64,000 nucleotides of DNA from Acidobacteriota bacterium (lineage in GTDB: Bacteria > Acidobacteriota > UBA6911 > RPQK01 > G965248645): assembly GCA_965248645.1 (NCBI GenBank), contig OZ252113.1:2885428-2949427 (forward strand). The letters are read 5' to 3'. Below, in pieces: positions 36,494-48,519 of this stretch. The position numbers were made by a program, and so were the translations under genes. Under the pieces are notes generated by a model. It saw only the letters and a program-made list of their open reading frames with translations, had not been told where the DNA came from and searched no databases. Within the stretch, counting starts at the first letter, position 1; each line of letters starts with the position of its first letter.

Positions 36494-37780
36494 TCAACCG
36501 TTTGACCGATGATCCTGAATGATTTCCACGTCTTTATCTCCTCTCCCAGAGAGGTTGATGATGATCAGTTGACTTGGCCCTAAGGGCCGATCAATGGCTC
36601 GCTCCGCCCTTCGAGCGGACTGAACGCCGAGGTGGGGCTTTAGCTCTTCTGACACACGGCACAGGCCTTCGGCCCGCTGATGTGTACTAGACAAACCGAG
36701 AAGATAGGCCACTGCGTGGGCGGATTCTAGAGCCGGGATGATGCCCTCCAGACGGCTCAAGAGGTGGAAGGCTTCGAGCGCTTCTTGGTCGGAAGCCGAG
36801 GTGTATTCCACTCTTCCCGAGTCGCGCAAGTAGGCGTGCTCGGGTCCGATCGAAGGGTAGTCGAGCCCCGCCGAAATACTGTGTGTATTCGACACCTGGC
36901 CCCATTCATCCTGCAGCAGATAACTGAAGGTGCCGTGGAGCACCCCGTGGCCGCCACCCTCAAAACGGGCGGCATGCTGACCCAGTTCCTTGCCAATTCC
37001 CCCTGCTTCCACGCCAACCATGCCCACCGATTCGTCCTTCAAAAACTCGTAAAATAATCCAATTGAGTTGCTTCCCCCTCCCACACAGGCAATCAACAGA
37101 TTGGGGAGACATCCCTCTGCCTCCAGAATCTGGCCTCTTGCTTCCCGTCCAATCACCGACTGGAAATCACGGACCATCAGGGGATAAGGATGAGCCCCCA
37201 GCACCGATCCCAGCAGATAATGAGTGTGTCCGATGTTCGTCACCCAGTCACGCATGGCTTCGTTGATGGCGTCTTTGAGCGTACGGCTGCCCACATCGAC
37301 TGGGGTCACCCGAGCCCCCAGCAGCTCCATCCGGAAGACATTCAGAGCCTGTCGCCGCATATCTTCCGTACCCATATAAACCTCACACTCCAGTCCCAAT
37401 AGGGCCGAGACTGTGGCCGTGGCCACACCGTGCTGACCGGCACCCGTCTCGGCAATAACGCGAGATTTCCCCATACGCTGGGCTAATAAGGCTTGTCCCA
37501 GGGCATTGTTGATTTTGTGAGCTCCCGTATGGCAAAGATCTTCGCGCTTGAGGTAGACCGTCGCGCCGACTCGCTCGGAAAGTCTGCGGGCAGGAAAAAG
37601 AGGGGTAGGTCGTCCCGCGTAATGGCTGAGCAGGTCCTGGAAGGTCTGCTGGAATTCCGGATCGTGTCGTGCCTCGATATAGGCCTTCTCCAGCTCTTCC
37701 AGCGGGGACATCAACGTCTCTGGGACAAACTTACCCCCGTAAATACCGAAGTGGCCAGCAGCGTCGGGTAGAGCTTTCAT
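36494..37780 (-). CDS. trpB: Tryptophan synthase beta chain (with a C-terminal insertion of about 30 aa)
   Basis: [49 protein letters not shown]. There is an extra segment between [10 protein letters not shown] and [13 protein letters not shown]. Confidence 0.95.
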   Translation of the reverse strand: MKALPDAAGHFGIYGGKFVPETLMSPLEELEKAYIEARHDPEFQQTFQDLLSHYAGRPTPLFPARRLSERVGATVYLKREDLCHTGAHKINNALGQALLAQRMGKSRVIAETGAGQHGVATATVSALLGLECEVYMGTEDMRRQALNVFRMELLGARVTPVDVGSRTLKDAINEAMRDWVTNIGHTHYLLGSVLGAHPYPLMVRDFQSVIGREARGQILEAEGCLPNLLIACVGGGSNSIGLFYEFLKDESVGMVGVEAGGIGKELGQHAARFEGGGHGVLHGTFSYLLQDEWGQVSNTHSISAGLDYPSIGPEHAYLRDSGRVEYTSASDQEALEAFHLLSRLEGIIPALESAHAVAYLLGLSSTHQRAEGLCRVSEELKPHLGVQSARRAERAIDRPLGPSQLIIINLSGRGDKDVEIIQDHRSNG

Positions 37781-38352
37781 GACTCAAACTGGACAAAATC
37801 TTGAACAGCGCTCAAAAACTGCTTCAACTTGGCTGGGTCCTTATTGCCCGGAATCGATTCTACACCAGAACAGACGTCCACACCCACCGGCTGAAGCTTC
37901 TGGAGAGCTAAGACTACATTGCCGGGGGTGAGACCACCTGACAAAATGAAAGCGCGGTCCAGTTGTTTGACTTTCTCCCAGTCGGCCTTTTTTCCCCTGC
38001 CCCAGGAAACGTCGATGACAATCTCATGGTGAGGGAAGCGCCATGCTTCTTCCGGAGAAGTAGCCACCAAGATACGTGCATGGGTTGATGGGATGTCCGC
38101 TTCAGAGCTCAAGCCGTGCAGTTGTAGCGCCGAGCACTGCGGGCTGATATCTAGTGATCGGCCAACCACCAGAACCGCCACCGCAAGGATGTTGGGAGGG
38201 AGTTTTTCGATAATCCTATCCGCCCTCTCCGGATCAAGGTACCGAGGGCTGGGAGGGTAGAAGTTGAAGCCCAATGCGTTAGCCCCATAGTCCACGGAGC
38301 GGAGAGCATCATCTAGGTTTTTAATGCCACAAATTTTGGCCATGAATTGCAT
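37777..38352 (-). CDS. trpF: Phosphoribosylanthranilate isomerase
   Basis: [14 protein letters not shown]...[16 protein letters not shown]...SGGLTPGNV. The likely start is the second Met. Confidence 0.9.
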   Translation of the reverse strand: MQFMAKICGIKNLDDALRSVDYGANALGFNFYPPSPRYLDPERADRIIEKLPPNILAVAVLVVGRSLDISPQCSALQLHGLSSEADIPSTHARILVATSPEEAWRFPHHEIVIDVSWGRGKKADWEKVKQLDRAFILSGGLTPGNVVLALQKLQPVGVDVCSGVESIPGNKDPAKLKQFLSAVQDFVQFES

Positions 38353-38361
38353 AGATTCTCA

Positions 38362-39153
38362 TTAATCGTTATCTAAAAGTTCCCTCAGTTTTTTCCCAGG
38401 GTCTTTGGAGTCCATCAGCACTGAGCCGATCAAAAATGCACTGAAGCCCGCGTCCCGCAACTCGTCAATTTGGAGGTGCTCGCTGATACCTGACTCCGAG
38501 ACCAGTGTGTACCCGTTCTCCTGCTCCATCCGCTTGGCGAGGTCGAATGAAGTATTGATATTAACTTCGAAAGTACGCAAGTTGCGGTTGTTGACTCCAA
38601 TCAGACGAGCATCAGCCTCAAGAGCAACCTCCAGTTCAAACGGGTCGTGAACTTCCACCAGGGTATCCAAGTCAAATTCCTTTCCATAAGCAATAAGGTC
38701 GTGGAGCTCTGACCGGGACACAATCGAAACAATGAGCAGATAGGCCGAGGCGCCGTAGTAGCGGCTTTCGGCTACCTGGTAACGATCTAGTATAAAGTCC
38801 TTACGCAACAAAGGAAGATGGAGTTCGGCCTTTCTCAAGGTTACTAGGAACTCTAGATCACCTTCGAAGTAGTGCTTCTCGGTCAGGACTGAGATAGCTA
38901 CCGCACCGTTTCTTGCGTAGATTCTCCCGATCTCCTTCTCCGGTAGCTGGCAAGCAAAGCGTCCGTGGCTAGGACTCTGGTATTTGATCTCGGCGATGAT
39001 GTTGATCCCGTCGGCAGTGATGGCCTCAATGAAAGAAGGGAAGCGCTCCTCCGGAAGCTGGTCCAGAAGCTGTGGCAAAGGAAGAGCCATCTTACTCAGA
39101 TCCAGCTCACGCCGGCGGTTGCGGACAATTCTATCCAGCATTACTAAGTTCAA
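38362..39153 (-). CDS. trpC: Indole-3-glycerol phosphate synthase
   Basis: IIAEIKYQSPS, LRKDFILDRYQV, LVEVHD, IGVNNRNLRTF, SESGI. Confidence 0.93.
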   Translation of the reverse strand: MNLVMLDRIVRNRRRELDLSKMALPLPQLLDQLPEERFPSFIEAITADGINIIAEIKYQSPSHGRFACQLPEKEIGRIYARNGAVAISVLTEKHYFEGDLEFLVTLRKAELHLPLLRKDFILDRYQVAESRYYGASAYLLIVSIVSRSELHDLIAYGKEFDLDTLVEVHDPFELEVALEADARLIGVNNRNLRTFEVNINTSFDLAKRMEQENGYTLVSESGISEHLQIDELRDAGFSAFLIGSVLMDSKDPGKKLRELLDND

Positions 39154-40147
39154 CCAAGGCTCGGAGTTTTTCCCGAGCCGCGCCGGAGTCCAGTGAATGC
39201 TCCGCTTTACCGATGGCTTCTTTCATTGCTTCCTTGCCGGCAACATGAAGGGCTGCAGCAGCGTTCAGCACCACCAGGTCACGAGCCGCACCCCGAACGC
39301 GGCCTTCTAGGATTTCGAGCGTCTTTTGGGCATTCTCCTCCGGAGTCCCGCCTCGCACGTCTCGGCTGGAAAAAGACCCTGTACTCGTCAAAACCCGGCA
39401 CGGATCGAAATCAAAATTCCTGACTCCGGAAGGACTGACTTCCGAGATCCGTGAATGTGTCCAAGCCGAAAGCTCGTCGAGTCCATCCTGCGCGTGCACC
39501 ACCCAGGCCCTCTGGCAACCGAGATGTGACAAGGCCCGTGCCATCTTCTCAGTAAGATCCGCCGAGTAGACACCGATAATCTGGTACGGAGCTCCTGCCG
39601 GGTTAGTGAGTGGTCCCAGAAGATTAAAGATCGTCCGATGTCCCAGTTGGCGGCGAATCCCGACCACCCGCTTCATTGCCGGATGGTAGAGAGGAGCAAA
39701 CAGGAAAGCAATTCCGAGCTCGTTGAGACACTGTTCAGCCATCTGAGGTGTGATGTCGATTTTGACCCCCAGACCAACCAACACATCCGCGCTACCGCAG
39801 CGGGATGTCATGGCTCGATTGCCATGCTTAGCCACGACGACTCCTGCACCAGCAATAACAAAAGCCGCCGTGGTCGAAATATTGAAAGTGTCTGGCCCAC
39901 CCCCGGTACCGGCCGTGTCGATTACTCTTTCCCGGCAGCTAGTGATCTGAACGGCATGCCTGCGCATGACACGGGCAAAACCGGCGATCCCCTGCCAGGT
40001 CTCCCCTCGAATAGCCAGAGCCGTCAAAAAAGAAGCGATCGCCGCATCGGGAGTATGATCAGTAAGAATAAATTCCAGCGCCTGTGCCGCATCGGCCTCA
40101 CCTAACGTCCCACGGTCGATCAGCTTTTGAGTCAATCTCGGCAACAT
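39131..40147 (-). CDS. trpD: Anthranilate phosphoribosyltransferase
   Basis: [49 protein letters not shown]. The start is taken at [13 protein letters not shown]. Confidence 0.93.
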   Translation of the reverse strand: MLPRLTQKLIDRGTLGEADAAQALEFILTDHTPDAAIASFLTALAIRGETWQGIAGFARVMRRHAVQITSCRERVIDTAGTGGGPDTFNISTTAAFVIAGAGVVVAKHGNRAMTSRCGSADVLVGLGVKIDITPQMAEQCLNELGIAFLFAPLYHPAMKRVVGIRRQLGHRTIFNLLGPLTNPAGAPYQIIGVYSADLTEKMARALSHLGCQRAWVVHAQDGLDELSAWTHSRISEVSPSGVRNFDFDPCRVLTSTGSFSSRDVRGGTPEENAQKTLEILEGRVRGAARDLVVLNAAAALHVAGKEAMKEAIGKAEHSLDSGAAREKLRALVELSNAG

Positions 40148-40707
40148 AGGAAATTCTTCAAAATGGTCATGCCGGGCTGCGTGAGTACCGACTCGGGATG
40201 GAACTGTAAACCCCAAACAGAATAGTCACGGTGCTGGAGGCCCATAATCAGACCTTCCCGTGTCCAGGCTGTGACCGTTAAACACTCGGGTAGACTCTCT
40301 CTCCGCACAATCAAAGAGTGGTAGCGGGTGGCCTCGAAAGGACTGGGAATGCCTCTCAGTATAGCCTGCCCACTATGATTAATCTGAGAAGTCTTCCCAT
40401 GTTTGAGCTTCGGAGCACAGACAATATCGGCGCCAAAGGCCTCAGCGATAGCTTGATGGCCCAGACAGACACCTAAGATGGGGACTTTACCAGCAAATGC
40501 ACTCACAATAGCTACCGAGATGCCGGCCTCATGAGGCCGACCGGGTCCCGGAGAAATCACGATCCGATCCGGGTTTAGCTGTCGAATTTCAGGAATGGTA
40601 ATCTGGTCATTGCGACGAACTTGCAAATGGGAACCCAGTTCACCCAGATACTGCACCAGGTTATAGGTAAAGCTGTCATAGTTGTCGACGACAAGGGTTT
40701 TCAACAA
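40132..40707 (-). CDS. trpG: Anthranilate synthase component II (glutamine amidotransferase)
   Basis: [37 protein letters not shown] start overlapping the trpE stop (TTGTTGA) is preferred over the upstream ATG in the track. Confidence 0.9.
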   Translation of the reverse strand: MLKTLVVDNYDSFTYNLVQYLGELGSHLQVRRNDQITIPEIRQLNPDRIVISPGPGRPHEAGISVAIVSAFAGKVPILGVCLGHQAIAEAFGADIVCAPKLKHGKTSQINHSGQAILRGIPSPFEATRYHSLIVRRESLPECLTVTAWTREGLIMGLQHRDYSVWGLQFHPESVLTQPGMTILKNFLCCRD

Positions 40708-42026
40708 ATTTCTCTCGCCATCTCGAGGGCTCGGAACAAAGCCTGGGCTTTGTTGCAACATTCTTTGTTTTCCAACACCGGTACCGAGTCAGCCACTATG
40801 CCGGCACCGGCCTGCAAGTAGGCCTTTCCGTCTCTCAGCACGATGGTGCGGATGGCGATACAAGTGTCCAGATTGCCACAAAAGTCCATATAACCAATGG
40901 CTCCAGCATAAATCCCGCGCCTCGAAGGCTCCAATTCTTCGATAATCTCCATCGCCCGAATTTTTGGGGCACCGGTGACAGTGCCGGCGGGAAAGCAAGC
41001 CACCAGAGCGTCAAACCGGTCTAGACCCGGCCGCAGCTCACCTTTCAGTGAACTGACCAGATGCATGACGTGGGAATACTTCTCCACAGACATCAAGCTT
41101 TCCACTTGAACCGATCCATACCGGCTGACCCGACCGAGATCGTTTCGGCCAAGATCGACCAGCATCAAATGCTCGGCCCGCTCCTTCTCGTCATTGAGCA
41201 GCTCCTGTTCCAACTTGTGTTCTTCGCGGGAATTCCTTCCACGTCTCCGGGTGCCTGCGATGGGCCGATAAGCGAGTTCCCGTCCCTGGACCCGGACCAG
41301 CATTTCGGGCGAGGAGCCCACCAAACAAGTATCCTCTCGTTTGAGGAAGAACAGGTAAGGAGAAGGATTAATATAGCGCAAGGCACGATAGACATTAAAG
41401 GGGTTTCCCTCGAAATCTGTTTCGAAGCGCTGCGATAGGACCACCTGGAAGATATCGCCCGCACGGATGTACTCCTTGGAGATTTCTACCGCAGCATGGA
41501 AATCCTCAGGAGCAAAATTCGAAGCGGGAGGGGCCGAGGCGGAGAATTCGGTGCGACAAGACACCCGTTCTAGTAAATCCACACCCTTTGAGAGCTTCCC
41601 TTCCAGCTCTTCGATCTTCTCCGGACCCTCGTGGGACAGGATCACGATCTGGTGTTTGAGATGGTCAAAAGCCAGGATGGTCGAGTAGAAATCGACCATC
41701 ACGGGAGCCGACTCACCTCCCTTGAGCCGATCCGGAAGTCGCTCCAATTCTCGAATCATATCGTAGCAAAAAATGCCTACTCCACCTCCAGTGAAGGGAG
41801 GCAAATTAGGATCAGACGGCTCAATTTTTGGAAATCTCGTGCGAAAATCGGCTAGGCTACCTTCGAAGCTTCTCTCAGGATTGACTCCTATGAAGGAGTA
41901 ACGGCCGATCTTGTTACCCCCTTCTGCCGATTCCAGCAAGAAGGAACGTCGAGCTCCCGAGGAGACTCTCAAAAAAGCCGATACCGGTGTCAGAAGATCG
42001 GCTAGGAGAGATTTGTGATGGATCAT
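40701..42026 (-). CDS. trpE: Anthranilate synthase component I
   Basis: [59 protein letters not shown]. Confidence 0.93.
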   Translation of the reverse strand: MIHHKSLLADLLTPVSAFLRVSSGARRSFLLESAEGGNKIGRYSFIGVNPERSFEGSLADFRTRFPKIEPSDPNLPPFTGGGVGIFCYDMIRELERLPDRLKGGESAPVMVDFYSTILAFDHLKHQIVILSHEGPEKIEELEGKLSKGVDLLERVSCRTEFSASAPPASNFAPEDFHAAVEISKEYIRAGDIFQVVLSQRFETDFEGNPFNVYRALRYINPSPYLFFLKREDTCLVGSSPEMLVRVQGRELAYRPIAGTRRRGRNSREEHKLEQELLNDEKERAEHLMLVDLGRNDLGRVSRYGSVQVESLMSVEKYSHVMHLVSSLKGELRPGLDRFDALVACFPAGTVTGAPKIRAMEIIEELEPSRRGIYAGAIGYMDFCGNLDTCIAIRTIVLRDGKAYLQAGAGIVADSVPVLENKECCNKAQALFRALEMAREIC

Positions 42027-42074
42027 GAGATGATACGAGAGATAAACTGGAATTCCGTGAAGACAAATGCTGGC

Positions 42075-43370
42075 CTAGCCGGCGGACATCGAACTGAGGA
42101 AATCGGAGTTACTTCGGGTCTTACTGAGTTTCTCCAGCAAAAGTTCCATTGATTCAGTTACCGAGAGCGGGTTCAACACCTTACGCAGGACCCACACCCG
42201 ATTTAGCTGTTCCTTCGACAGTAGCAACTCTTCCTTTCGGGTTCCAGATCGGGTGATGTCGATAGCGGGAAAGACCCGCTTGTCGACTAGTTTCCGATCC
42301 AAATGAAGCTCCATGTTACCGGTGCCCTTGAATTCTTCGAAGATGACGTCATCCATCCGGCTTCCAGTATCGATGAGAGCAGTCGCGATGATGGTAATAC
42401 TACCCCCTTCTTCGATGTTGCGAGCAGCACCAAAAAAGCGCTTGGGACGCTGCAGGGCGTTTGAGTCAACTCCGCCCGAAAGCACCTTTCCCGAAGGCGG
42501 TACGATCGTATTGTACGCCCGAGCTAAACGGGTAATCGAATCGAGCAAGATCACCACGTCCTTCTTGTGCTCAACTAGCCGCTTGGCTTTCTCCAGAACC
42601 ATCTCCGCCACCTGCACATGACGTGAGGCCGGCTCATCGAAGGTCGAGCTGATCACCTCTCCGTTGACCGAACGCTGCATATCGGTGACCTCTTCCGGAC
42701 GCTCATCAATGAGTAGAACGATCAGGACAATTTCTGAATGATTGCTAGTGACAGAGTTGGCGAGGCTTTGCAGAATCATTGTCTTCCCGGCACGGGGAGG
42801 TGAAACAATTAGTCCGCGCTGTCCCTTCCCGATGGGCGTTAGTAGGTCCATGACACGCCCCGATAGGTTGTCCTGAACGGTCTCGAGTTGAACCTGCTCA
42901 TCGGGATAAAGCGGGGTCAAATTCTCAAAAAAGGTGCGCTCATGGGCCACATCCGGATGCTCAAAATTAATAGCTTCCACTTTGATCAGAGCAAAATAGC
43001 GCTCGCCATTCTTCGGCGGCCGAACCTGCCCGGAGACCGTGTCTCCCGTGTGCAGATCGAATTTCCGGATCTGAGAGGGAGAAACATAGATGTCATCCGG
43101 ACCGGGAAGATAGTTATATTCAGGTGCGCGAAGGAATCCGAATCCATCAGGCAGATTTTCCAGCACGCCTTCCGAGAAGATAAGTCCACTACGCTCGGTC
43201 TGAGCCTTGAGGATCTGAAAAATCAGCTCCTGCTTGCGCATACCCGTGGCACCGGGAATATCCAAATCCTTGGCAATATGGTTCAGGGCCTGGATATTCA
43301 ACTCCTTCAGTTCCTGGATGTTCAAAGGTGCCCCGTTCTGCTTAGTGGACGGGATGCTTGCTTCAGCCAT
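42075..43370 (-). CDS. rho: Transcription termination factor Rho
   Basis: 431 aa: [41 protein letters not shown] stop 48 nt before the trpE start. Confidence 0.97.
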   Translation of the reverse strand: MAEASIPSTKQNGAPLNIQELKELNIQALNHIAKDLDIPGATGMRKQELIFQILKAQTERSGLIFSEGVLENLPDGFGFLRAPEYNYLPGPDDIYVSPSQIRKFDLHTGDTVSGQVRPPKNGERYFALIKVEAINFEHPDVAHERTFFENLTPLYPDEQVQLETVQDNLSGRVMDLLTPIGKGQRGLIVSPPRAGKTMILQSLANSVTSNHSEIVLIVLLIDERPEEVTDMQRSVNGEVISSTFDEPASRHVQVAEMVLEKAKRLVEHKKDVVILLDSITRLARAYNTIVPPSGKVLSGGVDSNALQRPKRFFGAARNIEEGGSITIIATALIDTGSRMDDVIFEEFKGTGNMELHLDRKLVDKRVFPAIDITRSGTRKEELLLSKEQLNRVWVLRKVLNPLSVTESMELLLEKLSKTRSNSDFLSSMSAG

Positions 43371-43947
43371 GGCCGTGACCCTCCCGAATGATTTTCCACA
43401 GTTGGTTTCTCCCTAGTCCAGTGGTCGCGGAGTAGGGAACAATCTGGCTCACCTGCAAAGATTTCTTCGCCTGCTGGATGGACCTTTGACACTGATTCAT
43501 AGATAGTTTATCTGCCTTGGTAGCTACTACCTGGCAGCCGATGCTGTAGTACTCAAGCCATTTGCTCATTACCCGATCCATTTCACTCGGCAGGCGCCGA
43601 ACATCGACAATTAGGACGGCCAACTTGAGGGCCTCATCTTCTTTCAGAAATTCCTCTACCATCGGCCCCCATCCGGCCCGAATCCGCTTCGAGACCTTGG
43701 CGAAACCGTAGCCGGGCAGGTCAGCAAAAATCCACCGATGATCGACCCTGAAAAAGTTGATGGCACGGGTGCGACCAGGGGTGGCACTGATCCGAGCCAA
43801 ACCTTTCCTGCCCACCAGACTATTGATTAGACTGGATTTCCCAACGTTGGATCCTCCGACAAACCCGACCTTGGGTAGCGGGAGCTTGGGATACTCATCC
43901 TTTCGAGTAGCACTTTTGAGGAACTCGACTTCCACGAACGAAACCAC
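43363..43947 (-). CDS. engB: Ribosome-biogenesis GTPase EngB/YsxC
   Basis: [33 protein letters not shown]. Overlaps the rho start by 8 nt. Confidence 0.9.
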   Translation of the reverse strand: MVSFVEVEFLKSATRKDEYPKLPLPKVGFVGGSNVGKSSLINSLVGRKGLARISATPGRTRAINFFRVDHRWIFADLPGYGFAKVSKRIRAGWGPMVEEFLKEDEALKLAVLIVDVRRLPSEMDRVMSKWLEYYSIGCQVVATKADKLSMNQCQRSIQQAKKSLQVSQIVPYSATTGLGRNQLWKIIREGHGHG

Positions 43948-43998
43948 CTATCGGACAAAATCCCGCAATTGTTCAGCCAATACGTGGAATTCTTGGCC

Positions 43999-46410
43999 TT
44001 AGTGTATTTCGGGCCGGTCTCCCTTGTCGATCTGAGGTGGTCGTTGCTCTTTAATGAGCTCGTCCTGGCCTGCCTTACGGATGGGCCGTTCTAGTGCAAT
44101 TTTCAGGACTGCATCCATCGATTCGACCAGCACAATTTTCACATCTTCCAGGACGGAGTCAGGAATATCTTTTAGATCTTTTTCGTTGTCCTTAGGCAAG
44201 ATGACGGTCTTGATGCCGGCCCGATGAGCGGCCAGGACTTTCTCCTTAACCCCACCTATGGGTAGGACCGTTCCCCGCAGCGTGATTTCCCCCGTCATCG
44301 CCACGTCACGGCGAACAGGGATGCTCGTGAGAGCAGAGACAATGGTTGCGGCCATGGCAATACCCGCCGAGGGGCCATCTTTCGGAATCGCACCTTCCGG
44401 AACATGGACGTGCATATCCCACAATTTGTGGAAATCTTTTACCAACCCATACTCGCTGCTGCGTGATCGGACAAAGGATAGGGCCGCTTTAGCCGATTCC
44501 TGCATGACCTCCCCCAGCTTACCGGTCAGCGTGAGATCGCCTTTCCCCTGTAAAACCGCGGCTTCCGTGTGCAGCACCTCGCCCCCCACTTCAGTCCAGG
44601 CCAGACCCGTGGCTAATCCTACTTCGTTAGTTTTTGCCGCTAACTGCTGCCGAAACTTGATCGGTCCCAGAAAATCTTGTACTTCCTTGAGGTCAATAAT
44701 CCTTTTCTTCCATTTGCTTTTCTTTCTTGCAGACACCACTTTGCGGGTTACCTTCCGGCAAATATTCGCGACCTCGCGCTCCAGATTGCGAACACCGGAC
44801 TCACGCGTGTAATGCCGGATGAGCTCCAGGACGGCTTGGTCGCCAATCGCAATATGATCTGTCTTAAGCCCATTTTGACTGATCTGCTTGGGGATCAGGA
44901 AGCGCTTAGCTATTTCCAGTTTCTCCATCTCCGTGTAACCAGCAATCCGGATGATCTCCATGCGGTCCTGCAAAGGACGTGGAATAGTATGCAAAATGTT
45001 GGCGGTACAGATAAACAACACGTTCGAAAGATCAAATTCAGTGTCCAGAAAATGGTCAATGAAGGTCCGGTTGTGCTCCGGATCCAGTACTTCCATCAGA
45101 GCGGCCGAGGGGTCACCGCGAAAATCCATACTCATCTTGTCGACTTCGTCGAGTAGGAAGACCGGATTCCTGGTCCCCACCTTCTTCATCATCTGGATGA
45201 TCTGGCCCGGTAGGGCTCCAATATAAGTGCGTCGGTGCCCTCGAATTTCCGCCTCGTCGCGGACTCCGCCTAGGGACAGGCGAACAAAGTTGCGGCCCAT
45301 AGCCCGCGCAATAGATCGTCCCAGAGAAGTTTTTCCGACACCGGGAGGACCCACGAAACACAGAATCGATCCTTGTTGATCCTTTCGGGATAACTGGCGC
45401 ACGGCAAGAAATTCCAGGATACGTTCCTTAACCTTTTCCAATCCATAATGATCTTCATTGAGAATCTGCTCAGACCGGTTAATATCCCTTTTCTCCCGGC
45501 TGCGCTTCTGCCAGGGCATTCCAATCAGCCAGTCCAGATAGGTGCGGCTGACGGTCGTCTCTGCACTCATGGGAGGCATTTGCTCCAGACGCCGAATCTC
45601 GTTCACCGCCTTCTCGTGGGCATCCTTAGGTAGTCTAGCCTCTTCCACTTTCTTCTTCAGCTCGTCGATTTCATCTTTATCTTCCCGCCCCAGTTCCTTT
45701 TGAATCGCCTTGACCTTTTCATTCAGATAGTACTCGCGCTGGGCTTTTTCCATCTGTCGGCGAACCTGGTTCTGAACCGACTTGTCCATCTTGATCTTTT
45801 CGATCTCAATTTCGATAAACTCACAGATCTTCTCCATCCGTTTGGCTGGATCCTCGATTTCTAGCAAAAACTGTTTTTCCTCGACGGAAACCGGTAGATT
45901 GGCCGCAATGCTATCGGAGAGCCGGTCGGTTTCGGAGCTTCGGGCAGCTTGGGCAATCGACTCATAACCAATATTGGGATTGAGTTTCGAAAATTGCTCA
46001 AAGAGCATATTCAGACGCTTCGTCAACAATTCAATCTTGGCTTTTGACACCTTAGGCACCGGACCGAATCGGACCTCCGCTTCAAAATAGCCACCCGTTT
46101 CCCGCACACGTGTGGTTCGCGCCCGTCGCAAACCCTCTACGAGCACTTTAATGTTCCCATCGGGAAGCTTGAGACTCTGAACAATACTAGCCGTCGTCCC
46201 CACCGTGTAGATGTCCTTAGGCGAAGGGTTATCCTGGGAAGCATCCTTTTGGGTGACCAGATAGACGTTCCTATCCGCCTTGAGGGCCTTCTCCAGCGCC
46301 AGAACGGACGAAACCCGCCCAATGACAAACGGAACCATCATGTGAGGAAAGACGACAACGTCCCGAATGGGTATCATAGGATAAGTGGTTCGTGCGTCGT
46401 CCTCACTCAT
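43999..46410 (-). CDS. lon: ATP-dependent Lon protease
   Basis: 803 aa: [34 protein letters not shown]. Confidence 0.97.
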   Translation of the reverse strand: MSEDDARTTYPMIPIRDVVVFPHMMVPFVIGRVSSVLALEKALKADRNVYLVTQKDASQDNPSPKDIYTVGTTASIVQSLKLPDGNIKVLVEGLRRARTTRVRETGGYFEAEVRFGPVPKVSKAKIELLTKRLNMLFEQFSKLNPNIGYESIAQAARSSETDRLSDSIAANLPVSVEEKQFLLEIEDPAKRMEKICEFIEIEIEKIKMDKSVQNQVRRQMEKAQREYYLNEKVKAIQKELGREDKDEIDELKKKVEEARLPKDAHEKAVNEIRRLEQMPPMSAETTVSRTYLDWLIGMPWQKRSREKRDINRSEQILNEDHYGLEKVKERILEFLAVRQLSRKDQQGSILCFVGPPGVGKTSLGRSIARAMGRNFVRLSLGGVRDEAEIRGHRRTYIGALPGQIIQMMKKVGTRNPVFLLDEVDKMSMDFRGDPSAALMEVLDPEHNRTFIDHFLDTEFDLSNVLFICTANILHTIPRPLQDRMEIIRIAGYTEMEKLEIAKRFLIPKQISQNGLKTDHIAIGDQAVLELIRHYTRESGVRNLEREVANICRKVTRKVVSARKKSKWKKRIIDLKEVQDFLGPIKFRQQLAAKTNEVGLATGLAWTEVGGEVLHTEAAVLQGKGDLTLTGKLGEVMQESAKAALSFVRSRSSEYGLVKDFHKLWDMHVHVPEGAIPKDGPSAGIAMAATIVSALTSIPVRRDVAMTGEITLRGTVLPIGGVKEKVLAAHRAGIKTVILPKDNEKDLKDIPDSVLEDVKIVLVESMDAVLKIALERPIRKAGQDELIKEQRPPQIDKGDRPEIH

Positions 46411-46523
46411 TGGTTTTCTAGACTCCTAGACGCTTTCCTGGGGGTGTTGTTTTACGCCTTCCCTGAGGGAGCAAGGCTTATCTGACCGAACATGGGTAAT
46501 GCGCACTGGCTAGGTGCCTGCCA

Positions 46524-47765
46524 CTAGCCGGCCTTTTCAAGCCACTTGAAAACGACTTCCTTGTTTTCCACCATCCCCCGGGTAACGAGCAACTTCTCAA
46601 CTTTCTTGACCGAAGGGAGGTCGTACATCACATCTAACATAAGATCCTCAGTGATCGAGCGCAAGCCTCGAGCTCCGATTTTTCGCTCCAACGCCAGTTC
46701 GGAAATCGCCTCAAGTGCACCATCGGTAAACTCGAGAGATACGTTCTCGAATTCGAACATCTTCTGATATTGCTTGACCAGAGCATTGTTGGGCTTGGTG
46801 AGAATCTCCACCAGAGCACCCTTATTAAGCTCATGCAAGGTGCACAGAATAGGCAATCTCCCTACAAATTCCGGGATTAGTCCATATTGGATAAGATCCT
46901 CTGGGAGAACCTGGGTCAGAATGTGAGATTCACTTCCTTTATTCCAGCGGCTGTCCATCAATTGGCTCCGAAAACCCACGCTGCCTCGACCCAGCCGTTT
47001 GCGGATGATTTTATCCAGGCCAACAAAGGCGCCACCACAGATGAACAAGATGTTGGTGGTGTCGATCTGAACGAACTCCTGGTGGGGATGCTTTCGTCCC
47101 CCTTGAGGAGGAACATTGGCTATCGTGCCTTCCAAAATCTTCAGCAGCGCCTGCTGGACACCTTCCCCGGAAACATCTCGCGTGATGGATTGGTTTTCGT
47201 CTTTGCGCGAGATCTTGTCGATCTCGTCGACGTAAATAATCCCCTGCATACAGCGCTCGCGGTCACCACCAGCCGCCTGCAGCAACTTGAGAATGATGTT
47301 TTCAACGTCTTCTCCGACATAACCCGCCTCGGTTAAGGTAGTCGCGTCAACGATGGCAAAGGGGACCGACAGCATTCGGGCCAGCGTCTGCGCTAAAAGA
47401 GTCTTCCCCGTTCCGGTGGGCCCGATCAAAACCACATTACTCTTAGCCAATTCGACATCCTGGTGTCGCCCTCGGCCGATTTTGATCCGCTTGTAATGAT
47501 TGTAGACTGCAACCGCCAACTTTTTCTTGCAGAGCTCCTGATCAATTACATATTGATCTAAAAAATCCTTGATTCCCAAAGGTTTTGGAAGTGCTTCCTT
47601 GATGGAATCCGCTTCGGCTGTAATGTCGTCCGAGATAATCTCGTTGCAGACATCAACACACTCATTACAGATGAAAACAGTCGGACCAGCGATCAGCTTT
47701 TTGACGTCATTCTGACTCTTGCTGCAGAATGAACACTGCACTGCCTCTTCACTACCCTTTTGCAC
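46524..47765 (-). CDS. clpX: ATP-dependent Clp protease ATP-binding subunit ClpX
   Basis: [27 protein letters not shown] zinc finger, [23 protein letters not shown]. Confidence 0.97.
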   Translation of the reverse strand: MQKGSEEAVQCSFCSKSQNDVKKLIAGPTVFICNECVDVCNEIISDDITAEADSIKEALPKPLGIKDFLDQYVIDQELCKKKLAVAVYNHYKRIKIGRGRHQDVELAKSNVVLIGPTGTGKTLLAQTLARMLSVPFAIVDATTLTEAGYVGEDVENIILKLLQAAGGDRERCMQGIIYVDEIDKISRKDENQSITRDVSGEGVQQALLKILEGTIANVPPQGGRKHPHQEFVQIDTTNILFICGGAFVGLDKIIRKRLGRGSVGFRSQLMDSRWNKGSESHILTQVLPEDLIQYGLIPEFVGRLPILCTLHELNKGALVEILTKPNNALVKQYQKMFEFENVSLEFTDGALEAISELALERKIGARGLRSITEDLMLDVMYDLPSVKKVEKLLVTRGMVENKEVVFKWLEKAG

Positions 47766-47815
47766 ATCACCCTCCAGCTCACCCGCACCCGGTCCTTTTT
47801 CGGACTCCTCGTCTA

Positions 47816-48403
47816 CTAGGTGTGCTTTTCTACGATTTGATCAATTATACCATATTGCTTAGCCTGCTCCGCACTCATGATATAGTCCCGTTCAACGTTG
47901 GTTTCAATTCTTTTTAGGCCTTGCCCCGTATGTTTGGCCAGGATCTTGTTGGTCATCTCTCTCATACGCAAGATTTCTCGAGCGTGGATGTCGATGTCGG
48001 TGGCTTGGCCCGATAGTCCCGCCATGGCTGGCTGGTGAATCAAAACCCGACTATTGGGCAAGGCAAACCGCTTACCGGCAGTACCCGCTGCCAGCAGGAG
48101 AGCACCCATCGATGATGCCTGTCCGATGCAAATGGTCGTCACGTCATTCTTGACGAACTGCATGGTGTCGTAAATGGCCAACCCTGCCGTAATCGACCCT
48201 CCTGGAGAATTGATATAGAGGGAAATGTCCTTATCCGGATCCTCCGCTTCCAAAAAGAGTAGTTGAGCCGTTACCAGATTAGCAATGCTATCTTCGATGG
48301 GATCACCGACAAAGATAATATTGTCTTTGAGCAGGCGAGAATAAATGTCATAGGCTCGCTCGCCCCGATTGGTCTGTTCCACCACCATGGGGATCAAAGT
48401 CAT
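47816..48403 (-). CDS. clpP: ATP-dependent Clp protease proteolytic subunit
   Basis: [25 protein letters not shown]..., [18 protein letters not shown]. The internal start is chosen over the track's 31-aa extension. Confidence 0.95.
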   Translation of the reverse strand: MTLIPMVVEQTNRGERAYDIYSRLLKDNIIFVGDPIEDSIANLVTAQLLFLEAEDPDKDISLYINSPGGSITAGLAIYDTMQFVKNDVTTICIGQASSMGALLLAAGTAGKRFALPNSRVLIHQPAMAGLSGQATDIDIHAREILRMREMTNKILAKHTGQGLKRIETNVERDYIMSAEQAKQYGIIDQIVEKHT

Positions 48404-48519
48404 CGCAAAAACTCCCTCATCAGAAACCAATCGGCCCCTGCATCCTTTAACCTCATCACCATACGACGGGTCGGGTAGGCCCAAGGCCCACGTCAAACGT
48501 CAGTTCGCCGACGGCAAAG

